Part shown: positions 37,142-45,936 of the stretch, in pieces
Position numbering within the stretch: position 1 is the first letter of the stretch
Layout: each line of letters starts with the position of its first letter
IMG/VR virus record: IMGVR_UViG_3300023227_000005
Length of the DNA stretch: 64,000 nt
Reading direction: 5' to 3' (one strand)
DNA from: an uncultured virus (IMG/VR IMGVR_UViG_3300023227_000005)
Taxonomy: Duplodnaviria > Heunggongvirae > Uroviricota > Caudoviricetes
The notes under the pieces: generated by a model
Database searches by the model: none
Told to the model about the DNA's origin: nothing
The model's input: the letters and a program-made list of their open reading frames with translations, nothing else
Translations under genes and position numbers: made by a program

Positions 37142-37173
37142 AAAAAAAACCCACTTCGTCTCGGAAGCGGGCT
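37142..37173 (-). terminator. Intrinsic terminator
   Basis: GCCCGCTTC-CGAGAC-GAAGTGGGT followed by a T run. Confidence 0.82.
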
Positions 37174-37269
37174 AAAATATCATTCGACAATGCAAACAGA
37201 ACCCTAACCCATACCTGTATCCCAGGTTTGATTACTATACGTTTGGCTTGTTTGATTGTTCATATCTTA

Positions 37270-37485
37270 TTATACACCATCTATCGATGGATAGAGACTG
37301 TTTTCTAAAATTTTCTTAATTTCTTGAAGCTGCCCTATCATTTTTCTTGTTTCCTTAATAGCCTCTACTCTCGCCTCTTCAAAATTAGAAGACTTGCTTT
37401 TCCACACTGTCTTATTCACATCCTCGTTAGAAGTAATAGAGAGTCCAGTAAAGCCAGTGTCATCAACGTCTTTAAGTAATAGCAT
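37270..37485 (-). CDS. Hypothetical protein
   Basis: Operon-coupled ORF. Confidence 0.6.
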   Translation of the reverse strand: MLLLKDVDDTGFTGLSITSNEDVNKTVWKSKSSNFEEARVEAIKETRKMIGQLQEIKKILENSLYPSIDGV

Positions 37486-37488
37486 AGC

Positions 37489-37842
37489 TTATTTCCACGT
37501 AAAGGTCCACAAAAAAGTACACAAAAAGAGTGCCCATGCCCTAAAGCAATCTACGCCTCTCGCGATACAAGCCCTTCTAAACTCTGACGAAGCAAAAGCT
37601 GCATCATGACCGTCTGTTAGCAATTTATCATGAACAGCAGCGGCTAAGAGGATATCTCTGTTGTGAGGATCAATAATCCACTCACACCCCCTGGGTACTG
37701 ATATATCAAATTTAAAAGATCTAGGAAGAATTAACTGCCAACCAGATTTATAAACACCAATATCCCATACGACTTCGCTCATTAATACATACTTAGTACC
37801 TTCTAGTAGTTCAAAATCTTCAAATTTAGTAAAATTAGACAT
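37489..37842 (-). CDS. DUF1353-like protein
   Basis: FKFDISVPR...AAAVHDKL. Confidence 0.72.
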   Translation of the reverse strand: MSNFTKFEDFELLEGTKYVLMSEVVWDIGVYKSGWQLILPRSFKFDISVPRGCEWIIDPHNRDILLAAAVHDKLLTDGHDAAFASSEFRRACIARGVDCFRAWALFLCTFLWTFTWK

Positions 37843-37843
37843 A

Positions 37844-38367
37844 TTAGTTTACCGCAAGAGGGGGAGGCATGGGTTCAATCTCCTGACGAGAGGCCAAGAC
37901 CGCGACAACTTCCCAGTCTGCATCCGTAGGCGCTTTTCCACCGTTCTCTAGCAACGCTTCGTGACTGTAAAGGACGATGTTGACATACTCAGCAGGATAT
38001 GCCTCTATACCGAGCCTGTCGGCGTCCTCTGTCGCGATATAGGTCTCGACGTATGGATCTTCACCTTCCTGTCTAGTCGTCACAGCAGCCCTCAGAGGCA
38101 TTCCTGCTTGAAGTGGGGCTAGAGAAGTGAAAAGAAGGAAGAATCAATGGGCACGACCACTTTTCTACTTAGGTCGCTCTCCCCTTGTCCTGGGTATCTC
38201 TTGTCCCAATTATCAAAGACTCTTTCTAGGACGACCCTGTGACTACACTGGAAATAGGAGTTGCCTGTTCCCTTTAAGTGTCTCTCTAGGGCAAAGTCAG
38301 ACCACCCTGCTGATAGACCCTTGTACCTGCCCATCGGATGACTATGAATTGAAAGTTGTGACAACAT
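37844..38367 (-). pseudogene. DUF3228-like gene, frameshifted at ~38130 and C-truncated
   Basis: Frames join as ...VPIDSSFF/TSLAPLQAGMPLRA...IVLYSHEAL...DWEVVAV...EPMPP, then an early stop. Confidence 0.6.
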
Positions 38368-38597
38368 GTTATTCCTTGTACTCTTTCATCGCAGCAAGGG
38401 CCATTCGGCGACCCCTGTCGTGGTACAGCCATGATACTCAACCTCTACCAAATAGAGACCACAAGACTCTAAGCTATCTATAACCTTAAAGTGGTATGGG
38501 TTTGGATTTGGGGCGACATCATTAGAGGGGACAGTTACTCTTTCACACTGGCTATTACTAAAAAGTTTTATTCCCATTTTCTTATCCTTTGTTTCGA

Positions 38598-38706
38598 CTA
38601 GTACCTTACGCTATGCCCACATAGATATGATCCGGCTTCTCGGCTGGCCTAACACGTCTGTTGACGCTGGGCGATCAGATGCGGCCTCACGGTCCCGCAT
38701 TACTAG
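38598..38706 (-). ncRNA. Unidentified GC-rich multi-stem RNA candidate
   Basis: CTAGTA/TACTAG closing stem; ATGCGG/CCGCAT, TGATC/GATCA, CGTC/GACG, CTATG/CATAG. Confidence 0.5.
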
Positions 38707-38710
38707 TAAG

Positions 38711-38784
38711 TACTCAGTGAAAGAATCGAACTTATGATCTTTCCGGTGTAAACGGAATGTTTTAGCCAACTAAACTAATCGGGC
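38711..38784 (-). tRNA. tRNA-Val(TAC) with mismatched acceptor stem
   Basis: Loop TTTACAC, good D arm; GCCCGAT/ACTGAGT has two mismatches; 5' end overlaps the HNH stop. Confidence 0.7.
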
Positions 38785-39440
38785 TTGTATGATTTAATCC
38801 ACTTCCTAATAGCGTTATCGCTAACACCGTATTTTCTTCCAGTCCCACAATAGCCTAAGTCCTTTATCTCTTTCTCTAAAACTTCAATAGTAGGTCTTTC
38901 TACTTTTCTCTTATGTGGTCTCGGGCTGTTCAAATTACAAGTAGAACAAACATTTGCAGACTTGGACCTTAGACTGCCACACTTACAGTAATGTTTTTGC
39001 CTTTTTCTTTTAGAGGTTGTTTGTTGGCTATGACAATTGGGACATAGAAATCTAAGATTTTCTTTTCTGTCATCTTTCCAGTTACCATCAATATGATCTA
39101 CTTGTAGCGTTATAGGCTTGTTGTTCCAACTTTTAGAGACTCCACATTCTTCACAACTATGTTCTACGCCAGCCTCTATTAAAGCCCTTACTATTAGATT
39201 AGTTTTTCTTCTGATCGTTCTGTTTCCATCAAAAGTCAAAATATCAGAATAATGAAGCTTTCCTGTAATTCTTGACTTGAGACGACGCTTGAAGTGAGAA
39301 GTGTCTATTTCGTATTTTTCTACATTGTTTTTTAGACAAGTATAAGATGTCCCCGTCCTCTGTCTACCTAGTTTTGTCAACGTCTCGCCACAGCTTAAAC
39401 TGTCTTTCACCGCTGCTCTAAGTTCTTTTTCTGTGTACAT
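38775..39440 (-). CDS. HNH homing endonuclease
   Basis: CEECG...LQVDHIDGNWKDDRKENLRFLCPNCHSQ; C-terminal HTH. Confidence 0.93.
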   Translation of the reverse strand: MYTEKELRAAVKDSLSCGETLTKLGRQRTGTSYTCLKNNVEKYEIDTSHFKRRLKSRITGKLHYSDILTFDGNRTIRRKTNLIVRALIEAGVEHSCEECGVSKSWNNKPITLQVDHIDGNWKDDRKENLRFLCPNCHSQQTTSKRKRQKHYCKCGSLRSKSANVCSTCNLNSPRPHKRKVERPTIEVLEKEIKDLGYCGTGRKYGVSDNAIRKWIKSYKPD

Positions 39441-39503
39441 AAGATTCCTCCACCTTATTATACACTAAACCCGAACCTAGAGCGTCAATAAAATTTCAAT
39501 TTT

Positions 39504-39962
39504 CTAGGTTAGAACTTCATAGCCTTCAAAGTTTGCACTCTGAGTAGACCGTAGAATGTAATCAATACCAATGTCTTTGTCAGACCACCAAATAAGATGA
39601 TATCCAACAACTCTATAAGATTTTACCCAACACTCTCTCCATGAAGAGTAGTAAGCATGAGGCTCTGTCAAGCACTCAATACGGTAAGGGATGTCATGAA
39701 GCTTAAAGTATTGCTCTATATCCCACTGAAAAAACAGTGATGGCAATTTGATACAATGCTTCTGCCCACGATTTTCGCGGTACTGAGTCTTTCTTCTGTC
39801 TTTCCAAGTTTTACGACCACGAACCCAATAATCATCCCAAGGATCTGGGAGATTTGCTGGACTACGTTTAGCCCTTGCGTATTCACAATCTTGGTTCGCC
39901 TTCTTTTCTTGAAAAACCTTGAAATGACGCATACAAGCGTAGTCAATCTTAGAGTGTCTCAT
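39504..39962 (-). CDS. Hypothetical protein
   Basis: RBS AGGAG; RAKRS..NLPDPWDD. Confidence 0.72.
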   Translation of the reverse strand: MRHSKIDYACMRHFKVFQEKKANQDCEYARAKRSPANLPDPWDDYWVRGRKTWKDRRKTQYRENRGQKHCIKLPSLFFQWDIEQYFKLHDIPYRIECLTEPHAYYSSWRECWVKSYRVVGYHLIWWSDKDIGIDYILRSTQSANFEGYEVLT

Positions 39963-40022
39963 TCTGTTCTCCTAAAGTGTTATTAAATACCTTAAAAGAC
40001 AGTACCTCTTGTAATTCTCATG

Positions 40023-40760
40023 TTATTCCTTAATCCAAATGTAAAAGTCACCAACCTTCTCTACTCCAGGTAGAGGGATTGTATGTTGGTATGAAATCAC
40101 CTTCGCCCCACTCTTTAGTTGTAGAAACTTAGGTGCAAGCTTCTCAATAAGAGAGGGGAAGAGGAATAGGGCCACATTGTCCGCATTAACAAAGCTTTGT
40201 GTTGTTGAGTCTACGTTAAAAAGATTTATTCTTTTAGACATGCCCTCTTCTTCTACTTCTTTAATAGCCTTCTCATAGGTGGATTTGTTGATCTCTAGTC
40301 CAATTCCACGAGTGTTAAAGTGATTAGCACCATAAATTAAAATTCTAGCATCACCACATCCTGGATCTAAAAGAACGCTGTTGTGTTCTGGGTTAAGGAT
40401 CGCTAACATTTTTTCAATAGCTTCTTGTGGGGTTGCTATATCTTCTGTGTATACATCCTTTGTGACATATTCAATTCTTGTATCTTGAGGCTGATAGGTA
40501 CTGTGCTGAATCTGCTGTGTGACCTGTGCCATAGGCTGTGCTGCAAGGGCGGCTCTAAGCTTTTGACACATAGGGCAAGGGCAGGTAGCACTTACTGGTC
40601 CATCCACCCCAAGGACATAATTCTTCCCTCTATAATTGTATCCATAGTCAGTCTCTCCATAAGAAGAACCTCCACTACTACGTCTGAATAATTGAGCCTC
40701 AGATATGGAGGCTGGTAAAATAAAAAGTAGGAGTAGAAGCGAGAGCGTTTTATTAATCAT
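40023..40760 (-). CDS. Signal-peptide-bearing class I SAM methyltransferase
   Basis: Signal peptide; LLDPGCGDARI, GIGLEIN, LKSGAKVISY. Confidence 0.85.
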   Translation of the reverse strand: MINKTLSLLLLLFILPASISEAQLFRRSSGGSSYGETDYGYNYRGKNYVLGVDGPVSATCPCPMCQKLRAALAAQPMAQVTQQIQHSTYQPQDTRIEYVTKDVYTEDIATPQEAIEKMLAILNPEHNSVLLDPGCGDARILIYGANHFNTRGIGLEINKSTYEKAIKEVEEEGMSKRINLFNVDSTTQSFVNADNVALFLFPSLIEKLAPKFLQLKSGAKVISYQHTIPLPGVEKVGDFYIWIKE

Positions 40761-40794
40761 GATGTTTTTCCTGTTTTTAGTTTTATACTTTCAA

Positions 40795-40862
40795 TGGAGC
40801 CATAGGGAGTCGAGCCCTATAATCTTCCGTGCAAGGGAAAATGCCTACCCCTAGGTGGCCCC
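40795..40862 (-). tRNA. tRNA-Ala(TGC) with shortened D arm
   Basis: GGGGCCA/TGGCTCC-A (G3:U70), loop CTTGCAC. Confidence 0.7.
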
Positions 40863-41018
40863 GTTAACAAACCGGCTTATCCATTATGTGAACATAATTA
40901 ACCAAACAGCCCAAGTATGCACACAACAACTAAAAAGAATAGGATCAGCAAAACGCCGAGTCCACCAGTTCCACTATCCATAAGAACTCCTTAAGTGAAC
41001 ATATCTTTTCTTCGTAAG

Positions 41019-41104
41019 CGATAGGACAGGGAATCGAACCCTGGAACCGTTTTACGGGTCAGCCGCTTTCAAGGCGGTGTCCTCGTCCATGCCGGACTCC
41101 TACC
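41019..41104 (-). tRNA. tRNA-Ser(TGA)
   Basis: Loop CTTGAAA, long variable arm, G73. Confidence 0.9.
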
Positions 41105-41323
41105 GTATTGTCAAATCTTCAAAGTCTCTCGTGTTCTTGTACCTACCGGCTATCTTGTCGCACTTACACATACTACTTGCCTTTCCTGTGAGATCTAAGA
41201 GTTTTACCTTTGCCATGATGTTCGTTCTTTGGAGCCATACTAGAATTTCCTTCATGTTTTAGCTGGCCCCGATACAGTCGTCCTGGTCTTCCAACCGTAT
41301 CTGGCTTATAATACTTAGAGAAG

Positions 41324-41911
41324 TTAGCCAACGGTTGATTCTCGAAGTTCTCTATATCGGTTGATAGCCTCAAGTTCTTTCTCCATATCAAAAAGAATCC
41401 ACCTATCGGTATCATCTGACCCCTTTTCATTCACCCAGTCTAAGTGACTAAGTAAACCATTCCAGCTACTAAAGATATGACGGTGAGGTAATGTCCAAAA
41501 TAACCAATCGGGGCACTTCTCTTTACCCTGTTTGCAATACACCAACACTGGCTTCTTGCATCGATTAGCCCAAAACAACTCTTCATAAGTACCACAAGCA
41601 TGAACATCTGTATCGATGTATACGATAATGAAGTCTGCCTTGTCTACCATGGAAAGATCAGTACTTCTTATTTGACGGACAGTATCCATCTTATCATAGT
41701 CTCTAGCTTCTTTCCATTCTGTTCTGATCTGTCTGTTATTGTCGTTCTCAATCGCTGCAATCTCTGGTAAGGGTTTTTTAAGAGGATTAAATACCATTAC
41801 TCCAAGCTTGTGGAGTTCTGGGGTCATCATATCTCTCCAGCCAGCCCCATGATCCTCTACTCTGTCCATCGCACCGATTAGGTACGTCTTAGATCCAAAT
41901 AGTTTACCCAT
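41324..41911 (-). CDS. Nucleoside 2-deoxyribosyltransferase-like protein
   Basis: TYLIGAMD, VFNP, DLSMVDKADFII, GTYEEL..A...KPV. Confidence 0.82.
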   Translation of the reverse strand: MGKLFGSKTYLIGAMDRVEDHGAGWRDMMTPELHKLGVMVFNPLKKPLPEIAAIENDNNRQIRTEWKEARDYDKMDTVRQIRSTDLSMVDKADFIIVYIDTDVHACGTYEELFWANRCKKPVLVYCKQGKEKCPDWLFWTLPHRHIFSSWNGLLSHLDWVNEKGSDDTDRWILFDMEKELEAINRYRELRESTVG

Positions 41912-42292
41912 TCTTTATCCTTTACAATTATTCTATTTTTATGTCACTAATACGAAACTTCCAGTAGTCCTCATCCTTAGACATTATCTCCCGAAGACCC
42001 TTCAACCTATCAACCAACTTATTTTTTAGTATGAAGTTTATTTCTCTTCGCCCCTTGTCCTTTTTACTGGGGTTGTAGAAAGCGTAGTCATCTAGAAAAG
42101 TGAATATAAAAGGTATTAGTGCTACCATATAGGTAGTGCAATTTTCCCAAGTGCCAACTTAGCCTATTATCAACTTCAATATGATTATCAGGATAATGAA
42201 CACGCCCAGGTCCAACGACTTTTCTTCTAGTCTCGTGTCCAGAAGTGTAGTTACTGATATGTTCACAAGCCTTAGAGAAGGTTTTTGGCAAT

Positions 42293-42733
42293 TTACTGAA
42301 TCCTCTTCATGTACGTGTATTGGTAAGGCTCATAAGAGCAACCAGCACGTCCTTTGCAAACCTTCTTGTATCGAGTTTCTGTCACTTGTTGATACTTAGG
42401 CTGTGCAACTGGGGCCGCATAGACATTACCATACGTAGTCGTACTGGGCGAATAACGCGGTGTCGATACATTTGATCTGACTCTGCCAAAAAAGTTTCGT
42501 ACTGGAGTATTTGCTCTAGACGAATATCTATAAGTTGGCGTACTGTAGACCGTTGGGGCACTATACGTGGTACCATAGGTTTGTGTTGAATACCCGTAAC
42601 TAGGCACGGTGCTGTAATACTGTTGTCCAAAGGACGATCCGGCAAACATAAGTGAGCAGGTAAGGGCGATAGCGATTGCAAAATTCTTCATACTGTCTTC
42701 TCCGTGGGGTGAATTTATGGCTAAAATAACCAT
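42293..42733 (-). CDS. Exported Tyr/Ser/Thr-rich protein (start likely MKNFAIA at ~42690)
   Basis: Signal peptide, low-complexity body, C-terminal CKGRAGC. Confidence 0.75.
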   Translation of the reverse strand: MVILAINSPHGEDSMKNFAIAIALTCSLMFAGSSFGQQYYSTVPSYGYSTQTYGTTYSAPTVYSTPTYRYSSRANTPVRNFFGRVRSNVSTPRYSPSTTTYGNVYAAPVAQPKYQQVTETRYKKVCKGRAGCSYEPYQYTYMKRIQ

Positions 42734-42765
42734 TTTTTTTGTTTTGTCTGATTCTTAGTGTGTAA

Positions 42766-42954
42766 TATAAAATTAAACTAGAACTTGATAAGTGTCAAAT
42801 ACTTTGTTCAAACTGTCACAGAGAGCTACACGCTATAAAAGAATGGTCATTTTCTGCAAATATATTGAACCCAAAAGAAATACGTTGTTGCATAGAATGT
42901 CAGGAACAATGTAGTCACAACTCCCATAAATGGAAGCAGTCTTATCAACTGTGA
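42766..42954 (+). pseudogene. C-terminal fragment of an HNH endonuclease
   Basis: ELDKCQILCSNCHRELH with no start codon. Confidence 0.62.
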
Positions 42955-43063
42955 ACTACCCCGACCCTAAAGAGGTTTGGTCACAGTCTCGTTCACTTCG
43001 CTCACTCGCTTTGCGACCAAACTTTCTACGAAAGTAGGGGCTTTCTCTCCGTGAAGCGGTAAA
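42951..43063 (+). mobile_element. Non-autonomous IS200/IS605-family end-like element with inserted hairpin
   Basis: GTGAACTACCCCGACCCTAAAG...GGGGCTT; internal GTTTGGTC/GACCAAAC stem. Confidence 0.62.
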
Positions 43064-43064
43064 G

Positions 43065-43137
43065 AGCAAAATCGTGGACTCGCACCCCGCTAAACGGATT
43101 GGAAATCCGTCACATCGCTATCTATGTTTATAATGCT
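43065..43137 (-). tRNA. tRNA-Gly(TCC), degenerate
   Basis: ACGGA-TTTCCAA-TCCGT arm; imperfect acceptor and T stems. Confidence 0.6.
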
Positions 43138-43143
43138 TATTCC

Positions 43144-43620
43144 TTAGAAAAAGTCCAATAGTTGAAGTTTGCCGTCGTTCCATCCCCAGTTATATCCGTG
43201 GATATCAGTAGGGTGCCATCCTGTCTTTTCTTTTATTTGCTCTTGAATTTCCCACAACTCTTTTTCATGCTCTTGCTGAAAAGTGTCGCACTCGCATTCA
43301 AGTACAAAGCCGTCTTTCTTGTAATTCAAGGGAACACAAGGCTTGATAAGCTCTGTAATATAGCAATACAGCCTGTCAATCTGTAGGTCTTCTTCGTCGT
43401 CGTAATAGTCTACTTCAACCTCGAATCTCTCTCCGACATCAGGGCCCAAGCCCTCTTCGTAGCATAGGCTCTGTCTATCGTGTGCTATGTCGCAGGATTC
43501 GCCCTCATAGTAGCACTTAGCACCCCAGGAACTATTTAGCTTAATAAAGTAACAATGTACTCCAACAGGGCAGTCTTCAAGACCTTTTCGGATCTTATCA
43601 TCTCGTTGCTCGTTGTTCAT
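43144..43620 (-). CDS. Minimal protein-kinase-like fold protein
   Basis: GAK, YITELI, DIHGYNWG...LQLLDF. Confidence 0.6.
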   Translation of the reverse strand: MNNEQRDDKIRKGLEDCPVGVHCYFIKLNSSWGAKCYYEGESCDIAHDRQSLCYEEGLGPDVGERFEVEVDYYDDEEDLQIDRLYCYITELIKPCVPLNYKKDGFVLECECDTFQQEHEKELWEIQEQIKEKTGWHPTDIHGYNWGWNDGKLQLLDFF

Positions 43621-43626
43621 GTCTGT

Positions 43627-43654
43627 ATTTTACAGTGTAAATGAGACTTGTCAA
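43627..43654 (-). promoter_or_regulatory. Promoter TTGACA-N16-TAAAAT (leaderless)
   Basis: 16-bp spacer; ATG follows a 6-nt gap. Confidence 0.78.
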
Positions 43655-43870
43655 GAGGTAAAATTATATAATCCTAACATTTTTCTCCTATGTTTTGTAT
43701 CAAAGTTTTTTCTAACAGTGGAATCTTTACTCCAGGAGGACCATAAGGATGAGAGAAGAAGAAGTCTTCCCCCTCAACAGCATTTTTCATACTTGACAGC
43801 CAGTTCTCTGGAATACGATAAAAGTCAGGATACAAATCTCCCAAAACCTTACAGATATAGATTTGATCAT

Positions 43871-43907
43871 TGAGAAGCAGCTATCCTGGCCGTTAGACGA
43901 AGGAAAC
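43871..43907 (-). pseudogene. 5' half of tRNA-Glu(CTC)
   Basis: GTTTCCTTCGTCTAACGGCCAGGATAGCTGCTTCTCA; no 3' half nearby. Confidence 0.6.
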
Positions 43908-43956
43908 GTGTTGCTTTCTTACTCTATGTCCTAACTGTCATACCTTAAGTCATAAG

Positions 43957-44031
43957 TAGCGAGAGAGGGGGTCGAACCCACACTGTCTGGTGCCTAAAAC
44001 CAGTGCCTCTATCCATTTGGGCTACCTCGCC
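43957..44031 (-). tRNA. tRNA-Leu(TAG) with short variable loop
   Basis: GGCGAGG/TCTCGCT-A; CTGGT-TTTAGGC-ACCAG. Confidence 0.82.
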
Positions 44032-44091
44032 ATGTTTGCCCATTTTACTCATAAGGTAGGCTACCTAGACTACAGCATACGCTGCATATAG

Positions 44092-44190
44092 TGGAAGGAG
44101 TAGGAGTTACACCTACACAGTCTTAGGGATAAATCTTTATTGACTAGGTGTGTACAGCACCGTTGCTCATTATAAGATCTTCGCCATTCC
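44092..44190 (-). ncRNA. Degenerate tRNA-Tyr(GTA)-like RNA with oversized variable arm
   Basis: GGTG-CTGTACA-CACC; T arm GTAGG-TGTAACT-CCTAC. Confidence 0.5.
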
Positions 44191-44416
44191 AGGTAGAATC
44201 TTGACCACACATCTTACAAGTATAACAGACGCCAGACTCTAACAACGCTCTTTATAATAGGCCTTGACTTTCCCTATGATCGATACTATCGAACTTATCC
44301 CGAAAGAGCAGACGGTAGGCTGGTTAAGCCAACTTCTTACAGATAACACAGTGATCGAATCTGCCACGACATATAGGCCGCTGTTCCATGTTGCAACGTA
44401 CAGATATCTGTAAAGT

Positions 44417-44479
44417 TGTGAGTGCAGGAGTCGAACCTACAAGGGGTATCGCGATGTTACGTCCCTTGCCAACCCTCAC
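44417..44479 (-). ncRNA. D-armless tRNA-like RNA
   Basis: GTGAG/CTCAC acceptor; T arm GTAGG-TTCGACT-CCTGC; AAGGG/CCCTT. Confidence 0.5.
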
Positions 44480-44502
44480 GAGAGGTTCGCGAAAATCTAC
44501 AG

Positions 44503-44575
44503 TCTCCTAGGCAGGACTTGAACCTGCGGCCTTCTGGTCCCAAACCAGACGGATTACCAACTTTCCCACTAGAAG
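44503..44575 (-). tRNA. tRNA-Pro(TGG)
   Basis: CTTCTAG/CTAGGAG-A; loop TTTGGGA. Confidence 0.9.
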
Positions 44576-44581
44576 ATTACT

Positions 44582-44779
44582 TTATCGTGACAATCTTAGG
44601 TCACGATCCTTCTCTACTGTCAAGATTTGTTTGTAAGCACTCAAGTGAGTGTAACGCGACTTGCGGGCAATATTTATTAACTGCTTTTCAGTCAGTTCTT
44701 TGCCCATCATGACGAAAGACTTAGACTGGGTGCTTTCGTTAATCTTTTGTACAATCTGCTCATCAGTCAAAACTTGCAT
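44582..44779 (-). CDS. Hypothetical protein
   Basis: RBS AAGGA. Confidence 0.65.
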   Translation of the reverse strand: MQVLTDEQIVQKINESTQSKSFVMMGKELTEKQLINIARKSRYTHLSAYKQILTVEKDRDLRLSR

Positions 44780-44810
44780 CGTTTTTTCCTTACTAGTACT
44801 AAATGTGAGT

Positions 44811-44879
44811 TGAGGAGGTGGGAATTGAACCCACGTACTCGAAAGTTACCGGCTGTCAACACCAACGTGACTCTCCGCA
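44811..44879 (-). ncRNA. tRNA-like RNA lacking a canonical anticodon arm
   Basis: D-like GTCA/TGAC; T arm GTGGG-TTCAATT-CCCAC; directly after a promoter. Confidence 0.55.
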
Positions 44880-44893
44880 ATGTTGTGTCTTCT

Positions 44894-44921
44894 ATTATAC
44901 ACCGTTTTGGTTCGATGTCAA
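44894..44921 (-). promoter_or_regulatory. Promoter TTGACA-N16-TATAAT
   Basis: 16-bp spacer; also contains GTGTATAAT. Confidence 0.85.
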
Positions 44922-45008
44922 CCCTCATGTTTGGTTTTTTTTGGATTTGTTAAAATCCCTTCTTTGTATTGTTTGACTCTGTGAGGGGTGACTCGTGTGT
45001 ATGGCTGT

Positions 45009-45036
45009 ATTATAGCACGGCCTGCGACTTTGTCAA
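45009..45036 (-). promoter_or_regulatory. Promoter TTGACA-N16-TATAAT
   Basis: Tandem with 44894. Confidence 0.85.
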
Positions 45037-45055
45037 CCCCTCGGTTTGGTTTTTC

Positions 45056-45475
45056 TTAGATTTCAATTCCAAGAGTATGTTTCACGTATTTCAAACCGTC
45101 TTCAGTGACGCCGTCTTCTGACCAAAATTCGTCTTCGTCGTGCATCTTTTGAAGCTTAGACCAGAAGGACACAGGATATCCCTGATACTCTTCTTTTAAT
45201 AGCTCATTGAGACCATATCTAAGCGAAAGGGTTTCAATATTCTTAGAAGACTTCCCATGAAGTTCTAACGCTTCGTCTGTCATGAACCTACCAACGGCAC
45301 ACCTCTTTTCCGTATCAGACTGATACTGACATGTTCCGTTAGCTTGACCTTTATACAATGATCGTGCTGCGGGGTCTGAGTACGTCTCCAGAACCTCAAG
45401 CACAATTTCTCTTTGTGATACTTGTGTTTCCACCATAATTTCCTCCAGTAAGGGGTTACACACTATAATAGCCAA
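45056..45475 (-). CDS. Hypothetical protein (start likely MVETQ at ~45436)
   Basis: CQY.....RCAVGRFM...LQKMHD phage-type motif; RBS GGAGG. Confidence 0.75.
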   Translation of the reverse strand: MAIIVCNPLLEEIMVETQVSQREIVLEVLETYSDPAARSLYKGQANGTCQYQSDTEKRCAVGRFMTDEALELHGKSSKNIETLSLRYGLNELLKEEYQGYPVSFWSKLQKMHDEDEFWSEDGVTEDGLKYVKHTLGIEI

Positions 45476-45555
45476 GAACGGCTAAAAGGGCAACCTAAAA
45501 AGGAAATAAAGGGCAAAATAGTCAACGATCTTGATACATAAGGTGAAACACCTCG

Positions 45556-45936
45556 TCAATAGTAGTCTGTTTGACACCAAGTTCCAACGCTCTCTATGAT
45601 TTTACAATCTTGCAAAATCTTGTTAAGAGAAACTTTGGCTACCTCTATCGCTTCACGAATTTTCATTGGGTCAAACTCTACGGTGTCATCCCAGTCGTTT
45701 CTAAACACCTCTACACCGAGACCAACGGTTTCTTCGCAGCAGCTAAACTCTTGAATTAAAACGCCATACTTCTCTACTACTCCTCTGGCCCGATTTCCAT
45801 AAGGAGTATATCCGTCTTCGTCAAACATATCTTTTGGCAGAAGGTCTTTCAAAAGTTCGAGGTCACAATCTTCTGATCTAAAACCAACCCAGATGTGTAC
45901 TTCTGCGTCCATACCCATATTATCCACCATTTCCAA
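45556..45936 (-). CDS. Hypothetical protein
   Basis: Operon-coupled ORF. Confidence 0.7.
   Translation of the reverse strand: MEMVDNMGMDAEVHIWVGFRSEDCDLELLKDLLPKDMFDEDGYTPYGNRARGVVEKYGVLIQEFSCCEETVGLGVEVFRNDWDDTVEFDPMKIREAIEVAKVSLNKILQDCKIIESVGTWCQTDYY

Noticed and set aside
40865..40880. ACAAACCGGCTTAT resembling the RNase P RNA 3' motif (similar at ~46325 and ~60471)
   Set aside because: No matching GAGGAAAGTCC 5' element, and this copy is antisense to a small ORF.
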